A stretch of DNA of 64,000 nucleotides from Octopus vulgaris (taxonomy: Eukaryota). Made by a program: the position numbers and the translations under genes. Positions 49,625-62,656 of this stretch are shown here, piece after piece. Position 1 is the first letter of the stretch; each line of letters opens with the position of its first letter. The notes under the pieces are model-generated. The model saw only the letters and a list, made by a program, of their open reading frames with translations. It did no database searches and was not told the DNA's origin. Where the stretch lies: contig OX597830.1 in the NCBI GenBank assembly GCA_951406725.2, positions 31,930,001 to 31,994,000 on the forward strand, given 5' to 3'.

Positions 49625-49900
49625 CCGTGGTTCTCAACCATTTTTTTTTTACCTATGGACCCTTTCAGTTCCTATTTTATCCAGAAAGGCTTTCACACTC
49701 ATTTGATGCTTAAAAAATTCAATAATTTTTGTAATTAAATATCATTAAGAATTGAACGAAAAATATTGTCAAAATATTTTGTGTACTGTAGAAGTATAAG
49801 TGTTTTATTGCACATAAACCTTAACAGCAAACTCTTATACAGACCCCAAAGGGCTGTATAGACCCCAGAGGGCCATATAAACTCTGATTGTGAAACAGTA
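49625..49900. mobile_element. hAT/Charlie-like MITE remnant
   Basis: Left end ccgtggttctcaacc; related ends at 53445-53462 (ggttgagaaacactg) and about 54520. Confidence 0.45.
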
Positions 49901-50294
49901 ATGTAGAGGCCCCACTCTTTGGTACAAGGTCTAAATGTTCTTCGGCAAGACAGGTGCATGTTTTTGGAATAACAGCATACTTGACAGCAAATATTTCAAA
50001 AATTTCAGCAGACATTCAATTTTCTCTCCGTGTATTAAATCCCTTGTGATGGTAAAATTATCCTGGTTTGGATGTAATGAGGAGAATAAAATATGACAAT
50101 TCGCTTGAAGCAGTGCTTAATGAATATAAGGAGATATATTATAGAGTTAAAATCCAAAATAATGCTGTCAAAGAAATAAAGCAAATTGTCTTGTTATGCA
50201 TTAGCCAGAATATGATAGTGAAATGAGCTGTAATAACTGACAACACAAAATATAACCATGATGATACACACCAATTGTTCACAAAGTTCAAAGC

Positions 50295-50600
50295 TTACCA
50301 ATGAAAGCGCCACTGCAGCTCAGAGCAATTGATAAGCTCTGCTTTAAGGGTATTTAGGATGGAAATGGCTTCTTTAATTCTTAACTTACTGACAATTCTT
50401 TCTGCAGTTTTAATCATAACTGTGATGTTCATATGGTCATACAGAGAAGTATCACATCATTCGAAGTTTAAGGTGCTAAATTGTTATATTCATAATTTTG
50501 TTTTCAAGTTTTTCGCTGCTGCATTGAGATATGTGAGTCAATAAAGTTAGCAATTTTGGAATCAGTATATTTGTAGTAAGGGTAAAAGTATTCCAAGGTT
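50295..50600 (-). pseudogene. Decayed Penelope-type GIY-YIG endonuclease fragment
   Basis: 50447-50295 reads SLYDHMNITVMIKTAERIVSKLRIKEAISILNTLKAELINCSELQWRFHW*, resembling the PLE endonuclease end (..L.IKEA..I....P.LN). Upstream sequence is degenerate. Confidence 0.5.
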
Positions 50601-50682
50601 TTACATGTGATTTTCAATTTATCGGTTTGTGAACCGAACTGAAAGCGGATCAATTATGAAATATCGAAATACGAATAGATAA

Positions 50683-51045
50683 TACTCTTTTACTCTTTTA
50701 CTTGTTTCAGTCATTTGACTGTGGCCATGCTGGAGCAAATTGACCCCAGGACTTATTCTTTGTAAGCCTAGTACTTATTTTATTGGTCTATTTTACCGAA
50801 CTGCTAAGTTACAGGGATGTAAACACAGGGATAAACACAGACACACAAACACACACATATATATGTACATATACATATACACGACGTGCTTCCTTTCAGT
50901 TTCCGTCTACCAAATCCACTCACAAGGCTTTGGTCGGCCCGAGGCTACAGTAGAAGACACTTGCCCAAGGTGCCATGCAGTGGGACTGGACCCGGAACCA
51001 TGTGGTTCGTAAGCAAGCTACTTACCACACAGCCACTCCTACACC
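50683..51045 (-). mobile_element. SINE family A
   Basis: Reverse complement, head to tail, with internal deletions. Confidence 0.9.
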
Positions 51046-51309
51046 TAATATGTCAGAATTTTTTACCTGCTGTTTTATAAGTTATGATCTTTAGCTTCTT
51101 CTGCATCTGAGCAACTTCTTAAAAAAATATTTTAAAAATACTTCAAACGAAAGCAAGACTATCCTTCCACTTGGCAGGTGCCTTCTGGAAGGACAGTCAA
51201 ACATCAAACCAAAGGAGTAGAGAGAATCTACAGCAGTGATTATCAGCCATATTTTTTCTATGAACCCCTTTCATTCCCATCACAATTCAATGTTTATTTT
51301 CATAATTAA

Positions 51310-51354
<45 letters not shown>

Positions 51355-52044
51355 CCAACACTTGTTGGCCTTGTGGCAAAATTTGAAACCATTATTATGC
51401 TGGAACTTGGAACATAACATGAAATTCTGATGGAAGGCTTTACTATGAATTGTTTAAAAACATGAAATTTGTGTCATAGAACCAGGTGTGATATCAGGCA
51501 GGTTAAAAAAGATTAAAAACTGGACTCATGTCTATGAGTCAATGATGGAAGCTTTACACCAGGAGTAGGTGACTACATTTTACCATTTTTCTTTTTTTTT
51601 TCTTTTCTGAAGGCAGCATTGAATTAAGTATAAACTAAAAAGGTGATGTTAAATGAAATATTATTAAATATACAGAAAAATGTAATTAAATTTATTGTGA
51701 AAATATAATTATATTTATTGGGGAAAATGTAATTATATATTATAAATATTAAAGTAAGAGATAAAATTGTAAACTGACATTTTTAATGATTTTTAAGAAT
51801 TTTAAGAGAACATGAATAAATATAATAACCTGTAATCAAACAATATATATTTTAATGCAAAATCCAGAAGGTTGCACTTAAGATTCACAAAGACTGCATG
51901 TGACTTCAAGATTTTTTGCCATTTTTACAGCCCTACTTTATACAGTTGCTTGACCTAGAAGAAGTAAATTGTAACCTCAAATTCTATGCTATTGTCTTCA
52001 GAATGGAAAGACATTTACAGTGTAGTATTTGTCATGGAATAGGC

Positions 52045-52582
52045 TCAGGCATGGTTGTGTGGTAAGAAAATTTCCTCTTGACTGAATGGTTCTTGGGTTC
52101 AGTCCCACTGCATGGCACCATGGCCAAGTGTCATCTGCTATAGACCTACTCCAACTAAAGTCTTGTGACTGGAGTTGGTAGACAAAAACTGAAAAACGTG
52201 TCCTACACACACGTGCACGTACACATACATGCATTATACACACGCACACACACAAACATATACATACATATATTTATGCATATATATATATATCGCAGGA
52301 GTGGCTGTGTGGTAAGTAGCTTGTTTACGAACCACATGGTTCCAGGTTCATACCTACTGCGTGGCACCTTGGGCAAGTGTCTTCTACTATAGCTTCAGGC
52401 TGACTAAAACCTTGTGAGTGGATTTGGTAGATGGAAACTGAAAGAAGCCAGTCGTATGTATATATACGTATATATATATGTATGTGTGTATATATGTTTG
52501 TGTGTCTGTGTTTGTCCCCCCCCCCAACGTCGCTTGACAACCGATGGTAGTGTGTTTACATCCCTGTAACTTAGAGGTTCAG
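52045..52582 (+). mobile_element. Two tandem SINE family A copies (52045-52205 and 52293-52582)
   Basis: Homology to family A. Confidence 0.85.
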
Positions 52583-52589
52583 AAGCCTA

Positions 52590-52961
52590 TACTCACAATC
52601 AACTTTTATTTCCTGTCTTACAAGTGTTTAATGTAGTCACCACCTGCAGCACGGGCAACATCAATGCAATAAGAGAATTCCTCCCAGACACATATCAGCA
52701 TGTCATGATCCACTGAGTTGATCACTGTTGTTAGTCGATGTTTAAGGTCATCGAGTTTAGTGGACAGCAGTGGAACATAAATGCGATCTTTTACGTATCC
52801 CCACAAAAAAGAAAAATCACACAACAACGATCAACTCAGTGGATTGTGATATGCTGATACACATCTTGAGGAATTCCCTTATAGCATTAATGTTGCCCAT
52901 GCTGCAGGTGGTGGCCACATTGAACTCTTGTAAGACAGGAAATAAAAGTTGATTGTGAATA
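52590..52961. mobile_element. Tc1/mariner-superfamily transposase C-terminal fragment duplicated as an inverted repeat
   Basis: Minus ORF CDFSFLWGYVKDRIYVP...DDLKHRLTTVINSV...GGDYIKHL. 52821-52961 is a diverged inverted copy of 52590-52731. Confidence 0.8.
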
Positions 52962-53259
52962 AATGCTTATGACTTAGCTGGAGTTTTTTTATTGCTTTTC
53001 CCTTTTAAAATTTTGCATAATGTAATCAGTCCATTCTTTTTGAAATATATATATATATATATGTATATGTATAGGGAGAATTCACAAAAAAAAGAGACGA
53101 AGACAGGTGGTGTAGATAACAAACGGATGTATTAGTATAACGCTCAGGAAGTGAAAAAGTCTTTAATGTTTAGAGCCTACAGAAAGAGACACAGAAACAA
53201 GGAGAGAAAATAGAGAAAATAAAAAATGTGTAGTGGCTATCGATCTTATATACATGCAT

Positions 53260-53311
<52 letters not shown>

Positions 53312-53529
53312 GTATGTATATATAAATGATATTTACCACGTGAACTATGATGAAAAAATATTAAAATTATATGGTATATAATTTTTATTTGTACAGCGGT
53401 TCCTTGAGATATGTAATGTATTTTAAGGGTCATGCAAGGGTGACAAGGTTGAGAAACACTGCTCTTCTGGACCCCCATAGCCATTCTATGTTTAAAAGAA
53501 TCTCTTTGTATTTTTATAATTAAATATTG

Positions 53530-53745
53530 ATTTCAAATTTTGGGTACATGCCCAGAAATTTTGGGGAAAAGGTATAAGTTAATTACTCCAACCCCAATGC
53601 TCAACAGGTACCTTATTTTATCAGTCCCAAAAGGATAGATGGCAAAGTTGGCTTTAATGGAATTTAAACTCAGAATGTAAAGATGGACAAAATACCACTT
53701 AGCATTTTGCCCCAGCATGCTAACAATTTTGCCAACTGACTGCTT
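53530..53745 (-). mobile_element. SINE family B
   Basis: Homology to family B. Confidence 0.8.
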
Positions 53746-53889
53746 TTTCTATTCTTAACCCTTTTGTTACCAATCCAGCTGAAACCATCTCTGGCCCTGT
53801 AGTACAAATGTCTTGTTTTCATAACTTTCATAAACTGTTTTATACTTCTACAATACGCAAAAATATTTTAACAATATCCTATGCAAGTC

Positions 53890-54458
53890 ATAGGAGTGGC
53901 TGTGTGGTAAGAAGGTTGCTCCCAAACCACATGATTCTGGGTTCAGTCCCACTGCAAGGCACCTTGAGCAAGTGTCTTCTACTATAGCCTCAAGCCAACC
54001 AAAGCCTTGTGAGTAGATTTGGTAGACAGAAACTGAAAGAAGCCTCTCGTATATATATATATATATATATCATCATCATCATCATCATCGTTTAACGTCC
54101 GTTCTCCATGCTAGCATGGGTTGGACGGTTCGACCGGGGTTCTGGGGAGCCAGAAGGCTGCACCAGGCTCCAGTCTAATCTGGCAATGTTTCTACAGCTG
54201 GATGCCCTTCATATATATATACATATACATGTATGTATGTATGTATTTGTGTGTCTGTATTTGTCCCCACACACATCATCACTTGACACTGATGTTGGTG
54301 TATTTATGTCCCCAAAACTTAGTGGTTTGGCAAAAAGAGACCGATGGAATAGGTATTAGGCTTACAAAGGATAAGTCTTGGGGTCAATTTGTTTGACTAA
54401 AGGTGTTGCTCCAGCACGGCCGCAGTCAAATGACTGAAACAAATAAAAGAATAAAAGA
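53890..54458 (+). mobile_element. SINE family A with an antisense RTE tail (54070-54210) in its microsatellite
   Basis: Head 53890-54050, 3' half 54240-54458. Confidence 0.85.
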
Positions 54459-54604
54459 ACTCCCAATAATATCTAATTGTAAAATAGGAATCAAAAGGGT
54501 CCATAGGAAAAAGAAAAGGCTGAAAATCACTGGGTTTAGTCGTCAGGGGTCCAGCCTTCTTTCTTGACAAAAATATACAAAAAAAAAACGGAAAATTAAA
54601 GTGA

Positions 54605-54862
54605 TTTCTTTTCTACTCTAAGCACAAGGCCCAAAATTTTTGGGGAGGGGTCAGTCGATTAGATCGACCCCAGTACGCAACTGGTACTTAATCTATCGAC
54701 CCCAAAAGGACGCAAGACAAAGTCGACCTTGGCGGAATTTTGAACTCAGACTGTAAAGACATGAAATACCAGTAAGCATTTCGTCCAGCATGTTAACATT
54801 TGCAGCGAGGGAGCCAGTCGATTAGATCGACCCCACAAAAGGATAAAAGGCAAAGTTGAGCT
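54605..54862 (-). mobile_element. SINE family B with partial internal duplication
   Basis: cagtcgattagatcgacccca occurs twice. Confidence 0.8.
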
Positions 54863-55167
54863 CAAAACAAAAGTGAATTTCTCTTTTACTGGTCAATACA
54901 TTGTCATCATGCTAAGGTGCTGCCATCTGTGACCAGAAATGAATAGGAAAGAGTAATGCAATAAACAAAAACTTTAAGTTATCACAATAACAATGGTAGT
55001 AATTGTTGTTGCTGTAGTTGTTGTTGTTTAACCCCAGGTCAACCCTGACCGATCATATTTATGATCAAAAGCAACCTGGTTATGATTACACCATTTTTAT
55101 TTGGGGCTCAAACAAACCAAGATTGGTCATCAAAATTGGTCATCAAGCATAGGAAAAATATAGAGAC

Positions 55168-55324
55168 ACATTATTTACATTATTTACATTTGATGGATAT
55201 TTTTCTTTCATCGTGTTTGTTGTTAACACAGCGTTTCGGCTGATATACCCTCCAGCCTTCATCTGGTGTCTTGGGGGAAATTTCGAACCTGAGTTCTCAT
55301 TTCTAAGGTATTTTTCGATGTTAC

Positions 55325-55370
<46 letters not shown>

Positions 55371-55471
55371 GTTATTGTCCAGGTTACTGCTTGGAATCAA
55401 ACTCGGAATCTTGGGGCTAGTAGCCCGTGCTCTTAACCACTATGCTCTATGCCCGTGGGCATATGGCGTAG
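55168..55471 (-). mobile_element. tRNA-head/(AAT)n/hammerhead-tail element, uninterrupted copy with short 5' inverted duplication
   Basis: Head 55377-55454, linker 55321-55376, body 55168-55320. HHR-like 55226-55269 reads acac-CAGATGA-a-ggctg..cagcc-GAAA-cg-CT-gtgt. Inverted head copy at 55457-55471. Confidence 0.8.
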
Positions 55472-56245
55472 AACTGTATACAGAGACACACTGTATACAT
55501 ATATATAACTATATACAAAGACACACTTATATAGAAACACACACACACACATACATACATACATACATACATACACACATAAAATAAGCATAAAGAAGAA
55601 AAGAAAGGCAAAAATCTTGTCTATTTTACTTGTTTTCTTTTTAATTCAATTATCTCACAATTTCTTAGGTTTAATCTGATAGAAACACACACACACACAT
55701 ACACACATTCATATACATACACCCACAAGCAGATACACGTTTACACATACACACGTTTTATGTAGCATGTTTTAGCTGTAACGTTTCTCTTGATTGATGT
55801 GTTTAGCTGATAACCATGGTAACTGCTGTAAACAAACTTTGAGCAAAAGAGACACTGCTGCTGCTGCCAAAGATGATGATGATTATGATGATAATGACAA
55901 TGCTGCTGCTGATGACGATGACGACACTGATGATGGTCATGATGATGATGACGATGATGATTATGATAATGATGATGATGACTATGATCACAGTAATGGT
56001 GATGACAATGATGATGATGCTGATGATTATGACAATGACGATGACCATTATGTCAACGATAATGATGATAATGATGATGCTGTTGGTGGTGGTGGTGGTG
56101 GTGGTGCTAATGATGATGATGATGATTGCTTCTAACATAAGCTCATGACCTGGAACTTTGATGAGGTGGTGGATGTTTGATTCAATTAACCCCAGTACTT
56201 AATAATAACGATGATAATGATAATGATTTCAATAATGATAATACA

Positions 56246-56276
<31 letters not shown>

Positions 56277-56526
56277 CAGTAACAATAACAATGGTGATGA
56301 GGTGGGGAAAAGAAAGAGGAAGAGGAAAGAGAGGAGGAGAAGAAGAAAGAAGAGGAGGAGGCAAAGAAATAGAAAAAGAATAAAGAAAAAAGGAAAAAAG
56401 AAAGAAACAAAGAAAAAAGAAAGAAAGGAAGGAAGAAATAAAGAAAGGTGAAGAAGACAAATTGCAATGACAAAAAAGAACAACAGTACTTTGAAGAATG
56501 GTAAACCTGAAGAAATCTTCTGGCCC

Positions 56527-56564
56527 TTATATCCCAACCCTTACCAACACCATCTCCATCACTG
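56527..56564 (-). other. Candidate short terminal exon or micro-exon
   Basis: ttttgttttacttcttttgtttcatag|cag (NAGNAG acceptor). Phase 1 reads xVMEMVLVRVGI*; internal G|GTAAGG is a possible donor. Confidence 0.2.
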
Positions 56565-56792
56565 CTATGAAACAAAAGAAGTAAAACAAAAAAATAACTC
56601 TTTACTGAAAAATTTAAACTTCAAAATAAATAAATAAATAAACAAATAAATAAACATTTACAAATAGAGAAACTTTTTTTTTTTTTAAATTGCAAAAACA
56701 CTAAAAGCTCTGAGAAAAATCAGTGACAGTGTTAAATAAGAGAAAGATGAAGTAAAGGAAATACTTGAACAAAAGAGATGAAGTGACTGGAT

Positions 56793-56842
56793 TCATGAGA
56801 TGAAAGCATTAGGAAAGAATGGTGAAGGGCCAAAAGGCATTG
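56793..56842 (-). other. Candidate short terminal exon
   Basis: ttatcattccctttgcag|. Phase 1 reads xMPFGPSPFFPNAFIS*. Confidence 0.2.
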
Positions 56843-56929
56843 CTGCAAAGGGAATGATAATAAGGATAAGAACGATAACAATGATGGTGATGATGATGGT
56901 GATGATAACAATAATACCATTGATGATGA

Positions 56930-56954
56930 TGATAATAATAATAATAATAATAAC

Positions 56955-57012
<58 letters not shown>

Positions 57013-57069
57013 TTAATAATAATAAAACAGATGATGGTAATAATGATAATAATATTGATAATGATGATG

Positions 57070-57120
<51 letters not shown>

Positions 57121-57172
57121 TTAATAATAATAATATTAATAATAATAATAAGTAGAAGAAGAAGAAGAAGAA

Positions 57173-57219
<47 letters not shown>

Positions 57220-57270
57220 AGAAGAAGAAGAAGAAGAAGAAGAAGAAGAAGAAGAAGAAGAAGAAGAAGA
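56930..57270. repeat. Compound (AAT)n then (GAA)n triplet array
   Basis: Directly visible. Confidence 0.95.
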
Positions 57271-57879
57271 GGATGAGGATGAGAAGGAGGAAGATAATAT
57301 GCATCGATATAAATGGAAGATAATTTCTGGGGTTTTTTAATGAAATAGAATCGAAATCAAAAAATGCAATCTTTAAATTTAATAAAGATGTTAAAATAGA
57401 AGTTTGAAATGGTAATGAGGAAGTAGGCAAAACAAATAAATAATTAAAAAGAAATTAAAAAAAAGATAAAGATGACTATTTATAAAAAAATAAATAGATA
57501 ACATAAATAAATAAGATAATAAACAGATAATATTTGAATAAAAATTAAATAAATAATAAATAGCAAAATTTCTTCAAACATTTTAAAATAAATAAAAGTG
57601 AGAAATAAGAATACAAAAGACAACAGAATATTTTTTTCCTGTTTTTCTTGTAGTTTATTTTATTTTATTTGATTTTGTTTGTAAAAATTGAAACAAGCAG
57701 AAACATGTGTAAAATAAATTTAATAAAAAATATATTTAAATCTTGTTTTTTTTTTAAAAAAAAAAGAAGACGAAAAAGGAAATTTTCAATACAGATAAGA
57801 TGAAATAAAATTGGATAAAATTCGAATAAATAAATGAAAATAACAAATAATTATTTGTTGAAAATAATAAAAATAGGAA

Positions 57880-57908
57880 TTAAACATTGACCCTTACGTT
57901 ATACGTAC
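57880..57908 (-). other. Candidate micro-exon or short terminal exon
   Basis: ttttttttctattcatag|GTACGTATAACGTAAGGGTCAATGTTTAA; an isolated complex patch in A/T-rich sequence. Confidence 0.2.
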
Positions 57909-58067
57909 CTATGAATAGAAAAAAAAAATCAAATACAAATAGCTAAAAAAATTTTTTGAGCAAATAAATACAAGAGAAAATTGTCAGAACAACGGCAGTA
58001 GTAACAACATCAATAACAATAAAAGAAAATCTTATGTAACAGAAGCAATGACAACAACTGTAATCAA

Positions 58068-58113
<46 letters not shown>

Positions 58114-58318
58114 GGCACAACAATATGAAGGACAATAATCACAACCAAAACAGTTCTAAGAAGAATAAAGTCGTATTTAAAAATATATAATTCATAAAAA
58201 AAAAGCAATTAAAAAAAATAAAGCGGAATTTTAAAATGTTTGTTTTAATTGTAGATTTATTTATTTCAAATTGTTTTTTATCTTTTGTATCTTGTACAAA
58301 ATATATACAACAGTTATG

Positions 58319-58369
<51 letters not shown>

Positions 58370-59500
58370 ATGTTACTGATGGTGGTGATGATAACGATGA
58401 TGATCATGATCATGATTCTTATTATTTTTATGGTGGTGGTGATGATGATGACTATGACGATTGCAATGACAGTGATGATGATGATGATGATGATGATGAA
58501 AAGCAAAACAAAAGTACAAAGTAAATAAATGCATAATTTGAACAAAATAGAAAATTTCGATGATATAATTTAAGAAAAAGAAACACTAAAATAAAATGGC
58601 TTTTTTTTTTTTCAATCAAGATTTTAAAAAAGTTTTTAAAAGATACAAAATGAAGAAAACATACAAAATCAAAATCAAAATAAAAATAAAAACAAAAATT
58701 ACAAAATCAATAAAATACAAACAAACAAACAAAAAGAATAACTAAAATGAAAAACAAATAAACACTAAATGAAATAAAACAAGAAAAAATGGTGGCTTGA
58801 CAAAATTTTTCCCTGCTTTTTTATTTAAATTTAAATTTAAAATTTAAAAAGAAAGAAACAAAAGCAAAGACAATAAAAACAAAAACAACAATACTGATGA
58901 TGAAAATGTCAAATTGTTCTTTTTTATATTTTATTTTATTTATTTATTTATTTATTTATTCATTTCATGTACATTTGTTTTTAAAATTTATTTAAAATTT
59001 CTGGAAATTTTTGTCAAATTTTTTTTTATTCTATTTCAGAATTTTACAAAAATTTTCTCCACGTATTTGTTTTATTTGTTTGTATATGTGCATATATGTT
59101 TGTGCATATGTGCATATGTGCATGTGTATATGTGCACATCTGTATATATATATATGTGTGTGTACATGTATGCATGTACATATGTGTATATGTTTATGCT
59201 TGTGTGTATAGTAATACATACGTTTTAACTTGTATTTTCCTGGGGTTTTTTACTCTACTTTTACGTGCATGTATATGGCTGTATGCGTGTATTTGTGTGT
59301 GGGTAAGAGTTTTCAGCTTTCTGTTTTACTAGGGTATTTGCTTCTACTGTATTTTTCTCTGCATATGGGTATATGTACGTGTGTACGTATGTGTGCATGT
59401 GTACTTGTCTTTTTCCTTCTTCTTCTTTCCACCTTTTTTAATTTTTTTTTTTGCATGTTTTTGTATGTGTTTAACACCAAGAAAGCTGATCCTTACACTA

Positions 59501-59560
59501 TCAAACACTGTACTGATCCATTATTTGGTCATAAATGAATGCCTTAGGGAAATGAATGTA
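59501..59560 (-). other. Candidate short terminal exon
   Basis: (CT)n tract ending tag|. Phase 0 reads YIHFPKAFIYDQIMDQYSV*. Confidence 0.15.
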
Positions 59561-59584
59561 CTAGAGAGAGAGAGAGAGAGAAAG

Positions 59585-59625
<41 letters not shown>

Positions 59626-59703
59626 GGGGAGAGAGTGAGAAAGGGTGAGAGTTAGAGAGCCAGACTGTGTGAAAATGTTTATATTTACCTCTGTGCATGT
59701 GCA

Positions 59704-59741
<38 letters not shown>

Positions 59742-59941
59742 CACACACACTTGCATATATATATGTGTATTTGTATGTATATGTGTGTGTGTATGTATAT
59801 ATTTATATATATATATACAGATAAATATATATATATATATATATATGATGATGATGATATATATATATATATATATATGTATATTTATATATATATATAC
59901 ATATATATATAAATATATACATACATATATATATATACGCG

Positions 59942-59991
<50 letters not shown>

Positions 59992-60212
59992 AGAAAGAGA
60001 GAGATGTGTGCTTGTAGGTTCTGCTAAGGCCCTGAGAGGAGGAGAGTACAGTAAACCAAGACAGGGACAGTATAAACAAATAAACAAACAAATGTAGACG
60101 TATTTATTTATTTATTCGTTTGGTAACCAGAAGACAATTGTCATACAAGTATGTTAACAAATACATCAACATCAACAACACTTTTTGTCAGTGTCAATAA
60201 CACCAGCACCCC

Positions 60213-60244
<32 letters not shown>

Positions 60245-61245
60245 ACAACGACAAAAGCATTAGTGACACACACAACAACAACAACAAAACGACAGCAACA
60301 GGAACAACACCAAAAACTACAACAACAACAACAACAACAACAACATCATCATCAACATGATCATCATCATCATCATGGTCATCATCATCAACATTGCTAT
60401 CATTTTCATCAACACCACCATCATCATCATCATCAACATCATCATTTGACAGCCAGCCATAATAGTGTGAACGGCTGCAGCAACAACCACTGCAGCTACA
60501 GCAAAAACAACAACAACACTAGTCATAAGTACAGCAATAACAACAACAATAAATAACAGCAAATTGTTGGAGTACTTCATTATGGGTTTTATTTTTTATT
60601 TTTTTCTATTCAAAGTCCAAAAACCTTTCAGAGTACCTTTTCTTTTCACTCTTTAATATTCACCAGTAAATTGAACAGATACCTGTGATTTATTGAGGGG
60701 TGTAGGATTTAATTAAGTGGTCTCTATCTGTTGCCTCACAAATATGTCAGCAATTCTTATTTCTCTTTATTAAAGGGGCAGTAGGTAACAAAACGTTTAG
60801 ATTGCTAAACAAAATTCTTCAATGGTTTTTTGGTATTTGTTGATATTTAGTTCTGCTGAAAATTTGTATTCCTCATAGATTCACTTTGCCTCTCAGCAAA
60901 GTTTTGCTGTTGGGGTATTTTTGTAACCTGAGGGGATCATTAACAGAACAGAACTATTACCAAAGGTATTCCAACCATGACCATCCTGTTTTTCTTTCAT
61001 GCTATTACATATCAAAAATGATATTATCAAATGCACCTGTCCCTTTTCAAGACAATTGGATGAATTTGAAGGGAAGATTTGGTGACAAATTAGCTGTAAG
61101 CATACAAGGGAGCCATTTTATTGCTTGATTAACTACAAAATGACCCCCTAGTTAGCTTATCCCTTACACTATTGATAAAACTAACCTAAAGGGATTGGAT
61201 TAAGAAGTTAGTTAAGTGAGAAATGAGGTGAACAAGTAAGATATG

Positions 61246-61667
61246 TTTACTCTTTTACTCTTTTACTTGTCTCAGTCATTTGACTGTGCCCATGCTGGAG
61301 CACCACCTTTAGTTGAGCAAATCGACCCAAGGAGTTATTCTTTGTAACCCTAGTACATATTCTATCGGTCTCTTTTGCCGAACCACTAAGTTACAGGGAC
61401 GTAAACACACCAGCATCGGTTGTCAAGCGATGTTGGGGGGACAGACACAGATACACAAACATGTACACACACACATACATATACATATATATATACATAT
61501 ATACGATGGGCTTCTTTCAGTTTCCATCTACCAAATCCACTCACAAAGCTTTGGTCGGCCCGAAGCTATAATAGAAGACACTTGCCCAAGGTACCACGCA
61601 GTGGGACTGAACCCGGAACCATGTGGTTGGTAAGCAAGCTACCTACCACCCAGCCACTCCTATGCCT
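61246..61667 (-). mobile_element. SINE family A, full length
   Basis: Reverse complement, head to tail. Confidence 0.9.
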
Positions 61668-61794
61668 ATGTTTCTTCAAAATTTTTTATGATGAACTTCA
61701 TTTTTCTTATTCTTCAAGCAATATGATTAAATACACACAGGGTCAAGAATTTCTTTTATATTTGTCCTCGTCAAGCAAGGGAAATCATAGTCAT

Positions 61795-62040
61795 GGCCTA
61801 TGCCGGTGTCATGTAATTGACACTTGTGCCAGTGGTGCGTAAAAACATTTGTGCCGGTGGCACATAAAAAGCAGCCATTACATTCTTGGAATGGTTAGTG
61901 TTAGGAAGGGTGTCAAGCCATAGAAACTATGTGGAATCAGATTGGAACCTGGTGCAGCTCTCCAGCTTACCAGTACCAGTCAAACCATCCAACCCATGCC
62001 AGCATGAAAGCAGACATTAAATGATAATGGTGATGATGAT
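61795..62040 (+). mobile_element. RTE-type 3' tail fragment
   Basis: Tail motif plus (GAT)n. Confidence 0.7.
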
Positions 62041-62081
62041 GTGTGGTTCCTTTCCTTACAACTTTACTTTGTTATATATAT

Positions 62082-62114
<33 letters not shown>

Positions 62115-62199
62115 CATATATACATATATACATACATATATACATCTATCTATCTATATATATTTAAAAATGATGGACTTCCACACAGCCAGCAATCTC

Positions 62200-62560
62200 A
62201 AGTGAAGAGTTAGGTTGATTACATCAACCCCAATAATCAACTGGTACTTGTTCTATTGACTCCAGATGAATGAAAAGCAAAGTCGACCTCAGCAGAATTT
62301 GAACCCAGAATGTATAGGTGGATCAAATGCTGCTCAGAATTTTGCCTTAAGTGCTAAGAATTTTACCAGCTTGCAGCTCTTAAATTTGGTAACAATATTA
62401 ATGCTGGTAGAACCATTAGCATGTCAGACAAAATACTCAACAACATTTCTTGGTACTCTTTTCATTGTGAGTTCAAATCCCACCAAGGTCAATTACACCC
62501 TTCATCTCTTCTGGCTCAATAAAATACATACCTGTTAAGTACTGGGTTATGGCTATCGTT
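62200..62560. mobile_element. Two degenerate SINE B copies head to head (about 62200-62380 minus, 62400-62560 plus)
   Basis: gcaaagtcgacctcagcagaatttgaac, then gagttcaaatcccaccaaggtcaatt. Confidence 0.6.
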
Positions 62561-62656
62561 AATCCACATCATACTGTAAGGAACATAGGGCCAATTTCCC
62601 AGAATTTCTGGTGTATGCATATTCCTTGCTGGACGAGACACCAGTCACTTGAAGGT

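Noticed and set aside
50329-50544. Plus-strand 71-aa hydrophobic ORF resembling a membrane peptide
   Set aside because: It is antisense to the GIY-YIG-like remnant and has no ATG-led or splice support.
53155-53190. Possible deleted hammerhead on the minus strand (tcttt-CTG...ctc-TAAA-cat-T-aaaga)
   Set aside because: Most of the core and stem II are missing; not supportable from this copy.
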